DNA from: a virus
Taxonomy: Duplodnaviria; Heunggongvirae; Uroviricota; Caudoviricetes
Strand: one strand, 5' to 3'
Virus record (IMG/VR): IMGVR_UViG_3300014208_000025
Span: 1-52,966 of that record
DNA length: 52,966 nucleotides
Shown here: positions 37,932 to 45,568 of the stretch, one piece after another
How positions within the stretch are numbered: position 1 is the first letter of the stretch
How the letters are laid out: each line of letters opens with the position of its first letter
Program-made: the position numbers and the translations under genes
Notes under the pieces: generated by a model
Seen by the model: only the letters and a program-made list of their open reading frames with translations
What the model was told of the DNA's origin: nothing
Databases searched by the model: none

Positions 37932-38291
37932 TCAATCCAAGGAATGTATTTCACCGTTGATTGGAATGAATATCTGATTGGCCAATAGAACCGGTCCACG
38001 ACTATGACGTTTTGGGCGGAACTGTCGGTATTTCAGAGCGATGATTCGGCGGTTGGTTCGAATCTTGAAAATCTTGGAGAACTCCCTACATTCTTCCAAC
38101 GATGACAATACGTGAAAAGCGGAAATGTATTTAGTGCCATCCACACCTTCATGAACTATCTTTCGTTCACACGTCAACCATTTCCCACGGGCCAAGGTGC
38201 GACTTTTTTTGATTCCGTGAAAGAGCGTCTTGAACAAGCCGTCTTTGCCAATTTCTACCAAACGATAGCCTGTGCGAGTTGAGTTATTCAT
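37932..38291 (-). CDS. hypothetical basic protein
   Basis: 119-aa ORF. Confidence 0.6.
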   Translation of the reverse strand: MNNSTRTGYRLVEIGKDGLFKTLFHGIKKSRTLARGKWLTCERKIVHEGVDGTKYISAFHVLSSLEECREFSKIFKIRTNRRIIALKYRQFRPKRHSRGPVLLANQIFIPINGEIHSLD

Positions 38292-38294
38292 AAT

Positions 38295-38501
38295 TCAAGC
38301 TAGGATAAATTGTTCTTTTTTACATTGAGGGCAGTAAACACGATACTTACCCGGCCATGATGCTAAAACCGAATAGGCGTCAAACTTCAACATCTCTATT
38401 TCTTTACAGTGAGGACATTCTATTCCTGTTTTCAACAAATTCATCTGACTTTGTTTGAACGCTTCTGCTCTTTCTTTTTGGTGTTCGGCCATTGTTTTCA
38501 T
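38295..38501 (-). CDS. zinc-ribbon protein
   Basis: CPHC...CPQC. Confidence 0.6.
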   Translation of the reverse strand: MKTMAEHQKERAEAFKQSQMNLLKTGIECPHCKEIEMLKFDAYSVLASWPGKYRVYCPQCKKEQFILA

Positions 38502-39106
38502 GCTGTAAAAAATTCGTCTAGGGTCGTTTCTTGTTTCTTGGGAGCATCTTCGGGAATACAGAGAGAAATTTCAATGCCAAATTTTATGGCAAATGGTTCA
38601 AGTCGTTCTTTCATCAACGGCTCCAATTCAGGACGTTCTGGTGGTGGGGTCAGGCCCGGCACCTTACCATATGGGCCCCGGCGTCCGTTCTTACCACCCA
38701 ACAAAGGTAAGTTTACCGATTTGATGTCATTTTCAAGAATGGCTAACTTCAACGACTTCAACGAGTGTTCCACCCATTCCATCGTTGACCAATGACGCCA
38801 ATCGTCTTTAACGGCTAGATTGAGGATGTAAATGTGGTGTTCATCATCAAAGTAGGTATAACAATCTCCGGGTTTGATGGTGTGTTTGTCACATTGCTCC
38901 TTGTAATGGTCAAACATCTTTGGATAGTGTTTCTTGAATTCCAAGGCAATACCAGCACCCATAATTCCTCGGCAATTTATACTATTCACCAAAGCATTAC
39001 TTGGAACATCAAATACCGATTTATGAACGACTACGAATTTTCCCTTTGAAGATACCGGAATAAAATCTTCTGGAGTTGACATCAATTGTTGAAGATGTTC
39101 GTTCAT
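38498..39106 (-). CDS. macro domain protein (DarG/Poa1p-like ADP-ribose processing)
   Basis: LVNSINCRGIMGAGIALEFKKHYP, ILNLAVKDDWR, LPLLGG.NG. Confidence 0.85.
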   Translation of the reverse strand: MNEHLQQLMSTPEDFIPVSSKGKFVVVHKSVFDVPSNALVNSINCRGIMGAGIALEFKKHYPKMFDHYKEQCDKHTIKPGDCYTYFDDEHHIYILNLAVKDDWRHWSTMEWVEHSLKSLKLAILENDIKSVNLPLLGGKNGRRGPYGKVPGLTPPPERPELEPLMKERLEPFAIKFGIEISLCIPEDAPKKQETTLDEFFTA

Positions 39107-39900
39107 AATATTTTCATCCGTTTCAATTCACGTTTATCCAACAACTTAAAAATATAACTTGAATGTTGTGATGTAACCGCTTCATATTTTTCTTTAGCAT
39201 CATCACGCCACCATCCTTTAATTTCCCATATTTCATTGGTATCTTTCAAATAGAAATCGATAGTTAATGTGCCACGTTTAACAACCCCATTGTAACAGTA
39301 TGTTATAGGCAATGTCAAGTTTTCATATTCCCACAATTTACCGTTGTTATCTAACCAAATTGCTACCTTGTGTTCCCATGACGAGCGAAAATGTATTACC
39401 TTTCCATCGTTCCTTGTATAGTTAATATGTTTTCCATGTGATGCCGGTATTCCTAAATGTGTAGGATTAGCAATTCGTATTTCAGAAAGTCTTTTCTTTG
39501 TTGCTAATGAATGAAATTTACCATAAAAGGAGTTTTTATTTCCAGTTCTACATCTTGTTTTATTCAATTGTGTTATTCTTTTTCCAGAATCACATTTTTG
39601 GCATGTATCCCTATACGCAGAATAGTGAATGATTCTATCCTTGTTACATGATTGACATATAGCAGAAACTTGTTTGTTAGATTTTACTGATAATTGATTA
39701 GATGTATATCCGAATAATTCATAAGTTTTCTTTTCGTTTATCAATTTTTTCTTTCCAATATCTACGCATTCGTTCTTTACAGATTCGTTTTTTATTTCGT
39801 TGATACCAGTTTTTTGAACGGATATTAGTTTGATGCCTGATTTCTTCAATTGTTCTATTAAGTCTTTTTCTTCCCATAAAACTGATTCGTTATTGTTCAT
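39103..39900 (-). CDS. homing-endonuclease-like protein (NUMOD3-like plus PD-(D/E)xK, TnsA-N-like)
   Basis: NSFYGKFHS..TK, FRSSWE...A..LD....WEYE, IDFY..EIKGW; start 39900 lies 4 nt after TATTTATA. Confidence 0.8.
   Translation of the reverse strand: MNNNESVLWEEKDLIEQLKKSGIKLISVQKTGINEIKNESVKNECVDIGKKKLINEKKTYELFGYTSNQLSVKSNKQVSAICQSCNKDRIIHYSAYRDTCQKCDSGKRITQLNKTRCRTGNKNSFYGKFHSLATKKRLSEIRIANPTHLGIPASHGKHINYTRNDGKVIHFRSSWEHKVAIWLDNNGKLWEYENLTLPITYCYNGVVKRGTLTIDFYLKDTNEIWEIKGWWRDDAKEKYEAVTSQHSSYIFKLLDKRELKRMKIL
39719..39877 (-). CDS. basic microprotein nested in endonuclease gene (family copy 4)
   Basis: MGRKRLNRTIEEIRHQTNIRSKNWYQRNKKRICKERMRRYWKEKIDKRKENL* (52 aa). Confidence 0.75.
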   Translation of the reverse strand: MGRKRLNRTIEEIRHQTNIRSKNWYQRNKKRICKERMRRYWKEKIDKRKENL

Positions 39901-39942
39901 GCCATATAAATATGGCGTCAAAACATAAAACGTCAAAATAAA

Positions 39943-40257
39943 TCATAACCATTTCCAAAAATGATACCAACGTTTTCTCTTTCCTTCTGCGTAAACGAAA
40001 TCCATGTAAAACACCGTTCCAATTGGCAAATCCGTCGGTTGAACACTTACGAAATCCTTCATGGCAAATTCAGTTGGCATGTTCTTGATTATTGGAAATA
40101 CGAAAGACGCAAACTTTTTACATCGGCGTCTTGTTAGAAATCTCCAAATCGGACTATTGTAACGACTTGTAAATTGATACCACCAATCGAGGAAGTCTTC
40201 ACTCCACGTTGGGTCTTTTCTTAGACATCCATCAGTTCTACCACAACAGTTTATCAT
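39943..40257 (-). CDS. small protein containing a T4 gp23-like major capsid segment
   Basis: FVFPIIKNMPTEFAMKDFVSVQPTDLPIGTVFYMDFVY; ATGA-coupled start at 40257. Confidence 0.7.
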   Translation of the reverse strand: MINCCGRTDGCLRKDPTWSEDFLDWWYQFTSRYNSPIWRFLTRRRCKKFASFVFPIIKNMPTEFAMKDFVSVQPTDLPIGTVFYMDFVYAEGKRKRWYHFWKWL

Positions 40258-40412
40258 ATTATGTAATAATTTTCCCAATAAACACATTTGTCAGATTCGT
40301 CAAAAACATACCCACACCCAATTTCTAAAGTAAATGTTCGTAATATGTCTTCTGACCAAAAGATTTGATTCAAAACGTCATACGTGTTAGCTTTACGAAT
40401 TAGAGTTTTCAT
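40254..40412 (-). CDS. 52-aa hypothetical protein
   Basis: Manual translation; ATGA overlaps with the polymerase stop and the next start. Confidence 0.55.
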   Translation of the reverse strand: MKTLIRKANTYDVLNQIFWSEDILRTFTLEIGCGYVFDESDKCVYWENYYII

Positions 40413-43081
40413 CCGAAGAATTGGTCAGCAATTACCATTGATGGATTTGGAAACTCCCACTTGAATACCTTGTAAAAGTCAATCATTTTACTCTTCAATT
40501 CCTGTTCAAACATTTTAGTTCGGTCAACATACATGTCAACAAACTGAACTATTTTATCAGCATCGGTATCGTCGCCTTTTAACGCTATCAATTCAATTCC
40601 GTATGGATTTTCCTTGAGATAAATCCATTTGATTTTCTGACCATGCCGAATTGGTTCACATTGTTTCTGTAATTCCCACTTAGTCAGAATATCATTATAA
40701 TGAAGTGCTGATTTGGTTTGGGCTGGTGTTCCTTTAACTATTTGAAATGGTTTTCTATCTTCGGGATTGTAATTGTAAACTCCATCCTTGGAAACAAATT
40801 TGACGGATGTGTTCTTAGCAATTTCCACAACTGGCAAATGTTTCATTTCTTCTTTGAAAGCGAGCACCATGTCATCCAATTCCTTTTGGGGAGAGCCGCC
40901 CAACATCTTCCTCAAAAACGCTTCCATGAATTTTCGGAACGAGGAAGGGAACGAAGTTCTTACTACGTCAATACCCTTGACTTCCAATTCAGGTTCTTCC
41001 AAAAGACGACCTTCTTTGTGAATAATCCATTGAGCATATCGTTTCTTGGCCAACCAAAATGAAGTCTTGGAAATTACTTCTTGTTTTGCATCAAATGCAT
41101 GTTTATCCAAGTTGAAGAACCGTTTCGCCATTACGTTATAGAAGTTATTAACGTAACTCTGAACTTCCGTCGTTACCACCATGATAGCATCGGTCATCGC
41201 TTTTTCATCTTTGAAGTTCACTTCTGGGAAACGCTTTTTTATAATTGGTATAGCATCGACGAAGCAAGAATCGGTGTCAGTATAAATAACCCAATCGCCA
41301 CTACTTTGACCCAAGGCGGCTTGATAGTATTGATTGATTGCTTTAGCCGTTGTTTTAATGATTGATACACCCGTTTTAGTGACCGCTTCTGCGTTGTCGA
41401 TGTCATAGAATCTGAAAATGGGCAATCCGAGAACGCCATACATTGAGTTAAGTAGAATTTTCCACACTTGTTGACGTTGGTTGTAAAAATGATAAGCATC
41501 CATCATGCCGGCTTTACGAGCTTCGGCGGCTTTCTTACGCATTTGAATACGTTCTTCAAACCATTTCTGTAGAATAGTTGGAATAATTCCCCGTTTGTCT
41601 TGCCGGTAAATTACCCCGTTACTACTCAACGAGTAATTACTGTCTTTTATCAAAGAATGAAATTCATCTTTAGAGTATGGTGTTTGAGCTAACCGATACG
41701 TTTCCAGTTTTCCACGAACATGAAAATCCATATCAAATTCAACACATCTTCGTTGAATATATTTCTCTTTTCCATCTTCATTAGACCACAAACGGTCTTG
41801 AGTTTTTTTCTCCATGTCATCAATTTCCGTTAACACCAACTTTCGCTTTTCAGACTTGGAATCCAAAACATAATCCGCCCTATCAAGTTTAGCCACCTTG
41901 GTTTCAGGTGAAATATTCAAACTAATGATGATATTTGGATACATAGATGTTAAATCAAGGTCAAATACCCAATCATATCGACCCGGCACCGGCTCCTTGA
42001 CGTAAGCACCAGTAAAACCCTCTTCATCATTTTCTTCTTGAGCCTCGTATTCTTCCCTCCCACGAGCCGGTTTATCAGGAGCAATACGTTCACCGTTTCG
42101 TTTCAAGAACATAAGAATAGCACCGTCAAGATACCGAGAAGACATGTGAAAATATTCGTAAGGAACGTGGCCGACGTGGCAGATTTGACGAGCCAGTTCA
42201 ATGAATTGTAACTTCTTGTCAAGAGCGACCACAATCTTTACGTCGTTCAAGTTGTATTCAAGAAACTTCTCTACATTTTCTTTATACAAATCATCAAGGC
42301 TACCACGGTAATGAATCTTGTCCATGCCGACAACCTTTTTACCGATTGGGCCAAGGGCATACGTTGGCTCCATACGGTTCGTGAACTTCTTGTAGAGCAA
42401 GATGTAATCCAACACAGAAATACCACCCAAGGTCAGTTTCTTGGTGAAGCCGTTGATGTAAGCGGTGCCAATCGGCGAAAGGAACTTGGCTATCTTGGCC
42501 CCAAGTTGACCCTTCAACCGAGTGTAGAGATACGGCATGTCAAAGTAGTCAACGTTCCAACCCGTAACGATTGTGAAACCACATTCTTGCCACTTGTCAA
42601 CAAATGACATCAAAAGGTTGTCTTCGTCGTCAAAGGTTTTGATTTGAATTTCGGCGGTATCTTTCTTTTCAATTTTACCTTCTTTATCAAGAATGAATGT
42701 TGTGTATTTCTGTGTCACGTAATCGTAAATGGTGATACCGGTGACTTCCTTGTTGGCAGTTTCCATGTTGGGAAATCCGCCTTCGGTTGAAACTTCAATG
42801 TCAATGACGCCAATCTTGTGACCTTTGGATGGTTCATCCGATTCGGGGTAAAGGTCGAGCAATACACGCATGTCAGCGGAAACATCCGACTCGAAAAGGT
42901 TCGGGTCGTTATCAGGAACGTTGAAAATCTTAGTCAACTCGTCACCGTGAATAGAACGATACTTTCCACCGACCTGCCGTTTGTAAGCGTAAGGAACATA
43001 CGGGAATTGAGAAAATCCTTTTTCGTCATCCCATAACGAAACGATATTATCCTTTTTATTTACAAAAATATTCTGGTACAC
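40409..43081 (-). CDS. DNA polymerase family B (T4 gp43-like)
   Basis: Exo motifs DIE, GWNVDYFD, YNLND; pol motifs DLTSMYP, KILLNSMYG, YTDTDS, KKRY; GTG start. Confidence 0.97.
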   Translation of the reverse strand: MYQNIFVNKKDNIVSLWDDEKGFSQFPYVPYAYKRQVGGKYRSIHGDELTKIFNVPDNDPNLFESDVSADMRVLLDLYPESDEPSKGHKIGVIDIEVSTEGGFPNMETANKEVTGITIYDYVTQKYTTFILDKEGKIEKKDTAEIQIKTFDDEDNLLMSFVDKWQECGFTIVTGWNVDYFDMPYLYTRLKGQLGAKIAKFLSPIGTAYINGFTKKLTLGGISVLDYILLYKKFTNRMEPTYALGPIGKKVVGMDKIHYRGSLDDLYKENVEKFLEYNLNDVKIVVALDKKLQFIELARQICHVGHVPYEYFHMSSRYLDGAILMFLKRNGERIAPDKPARGREEYEAQEENDEEGFTGAYVKEPVPGRYDWVFDLDLTSMYPNIIISLNISPETKVAKLDRADYVLDSKSEKRKLVLTEIDDMEKKTQDRLWSNEDGKEKYIQRRCVEFDMDFHVRGKLETYRLAQTPYSKDEFHSLIKDSNYSLSSNGVIYRQDKRGIIPTILQKWFEERIQMRKKAAEARKAGMMDAYHFYNQRQQVWKILLNSMYGVLGLPIFRFYDIDNAEAVTKTGVSIIKTTAKAINQYYQAALGQSSGDWVIYTDTDSCFVDAIPIIKKRFPEVNFKDEKAMTDAIMVVTTEVQSYVNNFYNVMAKRFFNLDKHAFDAKQEVISKTSFWLAKKRYAQWIIHKEGRLLEEPELEVKGIDVVRTSFPSSFRKFMEAFLRKMLGGSPQKELDDMVLAFKEEMKHLPVVEIAKNTSVKFVSKDGVYNYNPEDRKPFQIVKGTPAQTKSALHYNDILTKWELQKQCEPIRHGQKIKWIYLKENPYGIELIALKGDDTDADKIVQFVDMYVDRTKMFEQELKSKMIDFYKVFKWEFPNPSMVIADQFFG

Positions 43082-43853
43082 AGGTGTCTCCTATTTCATC
43101 TTCCCATATTCTTATTAGAGTATAACCGTTTTCTTTGGCAATACAAGTTTTTATTTTGTCATTGATACGATTTTTCATTTGTGTTACATTTAACTCGGAA
43201 TCGTTCAATCCTTTACTATGCCAATAAATTCCGTCAATTTCAACTAACGTGTTTTGAGCCGGAATATAAAAATCATACAATTTTCCTTTTAACGGATATG
43301 GCGATTTGTATTCTATACCTTGTGTTTGTAATAGAAGTTCAAATTTCTTTTCTGGTTCGGTTTTCTTGAGTGGGTCAAATCCAAAATTGTCATTAATGGC
43401 ACACCAATAGGAACAGTATTTACGACGGGCATTACATTTTGTAACTTCAAATTTAGCATCACAAAACTTACAACTCTTTTTAATTTTGTCCGGATTTTTG
43501 CCGTTCTTTTTGTAACGATACGAACACGTCTTTAGTTGTAGTTCGGATAATTTCTGTTTATGTTCTTGAGTGTGATGTTTTCCAAAAAACGGATTGCCTA
43601 CACCTTTATTTTTACAACATAAACAATGTTTGTTCTTTTTTGTAGCACTAGAAATTGCCCTAAGAGTTGAATATTGTTGTTCTCTGTTACATCTTGGACA
43701 GTTCTTATACCAAATCTTTTTTCCGTCAACTATTTTGACTTGATACTTTCGTAATTTCGTAATACTTTCGCATCCGTTCTCGGTTAATTCGTTTTTTATT
43801 TCGGTGGTAATACTCTCGTCTCCAACGACGTTTGGCTTCAAGTTGTTCATCAT
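43056..43853 (-). CDS. homing-endonuclease-like protein (NUMOD3-like plus DUF559/Vsr-like nuclease)
   Basis: KNCPRC, NPFFGKHHT, YDFYIP..LVEIDGIYWH, ND..K...AKENGYTLIRIWE. Confidence 0.85.
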   Translation of the reverse strand: MMNNLKPNVVGDESITTEIKNELTENGCESITKLRKYQVKIVDGKKIWYKNCPRCNREQQYSTLRAISSATKKNKHCLCCKNKGVGNPFFGKHHTQEHKQKLSELQLKTCSYRYKKNGKNPDKIKKSCKFCDAKFEVTKCNARRKYCSYWCAINDNFGFDPLKKTEPEKKFELLLQTQGIEYKSPYPLKGKLYDFYIPAQNTLVEIDGIYWHSKGLNDSELNVTQMKNRINDKIKTCIAKENGYTLIRIWEDEIGDTCVPEYFCK

Positions 43854-43881
43854 AGGTTTCGTATTTCAGTTTTCTTCCCAT
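43726..43881 (-). CDS. basic microprotein overlapping endonuclease gene (family copy 5)
   Basis: MGRKLKYETYDEQLEAKRRWRREYYHRNKKRINRERMRKYYEITKVSSQNS* (51 aa); TACTTATA 4 nt upstream. Confidence 0.8.
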   Translation of the reverse strand: MGRKLKYETYDEQLEAKRRWRREYYHRNKKRINRERMRKYYEITKVSSQNS

Positions 43882-43921
43882 ATGATATAAGTATATTACT
43901 CCAATCAAAAAACTCCAACAA

Positions 43922-44164
43922 TTATTCGGGATTATTCAACCAAGTGTAATGTGTTATTTTACTCAAATTCCAATCTCGTTCAGTTAATTTGTGAGAATAA
44001 CAAATTTGAACTTTACCATCTACAATGTCAGCCGTAATTACTCGTGGTATGTGTAAACTACACAATTTTGTTTGTTCAACATATAAAAGAAGTTCCCAAT
44101 TCTCCATTTCGGGTGTTATCACTAATTCGGAATATGGCCGCCAATCAATTGAACGTGTTTTCAT
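43922..44164 (-). CDS. hypothetical protein
   Basis: ATGA-coupled ORF. Confidence 0.6.
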   Translation of the reverse strand: MKTRSIDWRPYSELVITPEMENWELLLYVEQTKLCSLHIPRVITADIVDGKVQICYSHKLTERDWNLSKITHYTWLNNPE

Positions 44165-44490
44165 TTGAAATAAACTTTACAATCAGTTACCAAGTCTATC
44201 AGGTCTTCCACCAATATCAAGTTATTATAGACAAACGGTGGTTTCATCTGACTCCAAATGTCCGACTCGTAAAATTGTGGGGGATTGACGTTGGAAGCCC
44301 AATTAGGTTCATCAACATAATTCCCAACCAAATCAATGTTGCCCACTTCCATATAACAACCCTCGTTTTTGGTTACACCAAGGATGAATTGTCGGATGCC
44401 GCCTTTGGGGTCGGGGAATACCCAAACAAATTCGAGTTTATCCGAAAGAAAACTCTGGCTGTGTAAATTCTGGCTTTGTGGAATTCTCAT
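44161..44490 (-). CDS. hypothetical protein
   Basis: 109-aa ORF. Confidence 0.6.
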   Translation of the reverse strand: MRIPQSQNLHSQSFLSDKLEFVWVFPDPKGGIRQFILGVTKNEGCYMEVGNIDLVGNYVDEPNWASNVNPPQFYESDIWSQMKPPFVYNNLILVEDLIDLVTDCKVYFK

Positions 44491-44737
44491 GGTCTATAAC
44501 CTCCTGTATCCAATGTTTATTGAGTTTTGTCATTAGACTTTGGTGAATTTTTTTACCGTCGTCGGTAAGTTTTGCTTCTTGGTCGGCAACTTTTTTCACC
44601 AATTTATCGTGTTTGAAGAATAAAAGAAACTTTGGAGTAATCTCTAACGGTGGTTGAAGAGGTTCCACCACATTAACTATGTAAAGTAGATATTCTAGTT
44701 CTTTCGATGTAAGTGATTGAAGTTGGCCGATTCTCAT
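44438..44737 (-). CDS. hypothetical protein
   Basis: ATG at 44737. Confidence 0.6.
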   Translation of the reverse strand: MRIGQLQSLTSKELEYLLYIVNVVEPLQPPLEITPKFLLFFKHDKLVKKVADQEAKLTDDGKKIHQSLMTKLNKHWIQEVIDHENSTKPEFTQPEFSFG

Positions 44738-44773
44738 TGTGAATCGCCAGATTACCACGAAAATCTAAGGAAG

Positions 44774-45520
44774 TCAATCTATATTAACACCGAATAGCTG
44801 GCTTCCAACCGTAACAAAAATCCAATGACGGGATACGTCCTGCGGGGCTTCGATTAAAAGATTGTTGATGATCGCCGGTTTAATTTTCTTTGTAGCCGAA
44901 ACAACCTTTTCATCAAACATCTTGCTTTGAAACTGAACGGGGTTGGCCAAAATTGCGGTGCCCTCTGTAACCAATTCTATTTTGTTATGTTCGCCATGAG
45001 ATTTCAAACTTCCTTCCAACACAAAAATATTTACCGATTTTTCATTACAACTGAAATAGAACTTACCTTTCAGTAATTCAATATCCACAAACGGAGTTGA
45101 TATCGAACACATAGAGTTGGAATCCGACTCGTCATATACAAACACACCATCACCACTTAAAAGAGTTAGAGTCAACATATTTGCTCCAAACTTGGCCTTG
45201 ACTGGTTCTGGATTTGGATTTAGAATCTCCTGTTGAAAATCGTTTACGGAGAAGTTTGAATTTGTACTAATCTTAGCGGTCAACCCATTGGAAAAGTGAA
45301 AAGTAACCGTATCGTTGGTGGTAATTACCGAATACAATGTCTTGGCTACCGAATAGGTTTTTCCGATAACAACGGGGGTGTTGTTTGCTTTGACACCCTT
45401 CCCCACGACTTCATAGGTGGGGGTACCAGACGATTGGACCGGAACAAAAACTCCATTGGTCATTACTTGACCACACAACGTCACAACGGACAACATTAAA
45501 ATAAGTAGGATGTATTTCAT
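44774..45520 (-). CDS. secreted FecR-like beta-domain protein
   Basis: Signal peptide MKYILLILMLSVVTLCG; F.NG....I..NS, L.L..G, I.TP, V.EG pattern; TATTTATA 3 nt upstream. Confidence 0.6.
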   Translation of the reverse strand: MKYILLILMLSVVTLCGQVMTNGVFVPVQSSGTPTYEVVGKGVKANNTPVVIGKTYSVAKTLYSVITTNDTVTFHFSNGLTAKISTNSNFSVNDFQQEILNPNPEPVKAKFGANMLTLTLLSGDGVFVYDESDSNSMCSISTPFVDIELLKGKFYFSCNEKSVNIFVLEGSLKSHGEHNKIELVTEGTAILANPVQFQSKMFDEKVVSATKKIKPAIINNLLIEAPQDVSRHWIFVTVGSQLFGVNID

Positions 45521-45532
45521 GTCTATAAATAC

Positions 45533-45561
45533 TTGACCCAAAGGATTAGACCTGATAAAGT
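45533..45561 (+). promoter_or_regulatory. sigma70-like promoter
   Basis: TTGACC-17 nt-TAAAGT with TG extension; ATG at 45569. Confidence 0.6.
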
Positions 45562-45568
45562 GTTAGCG

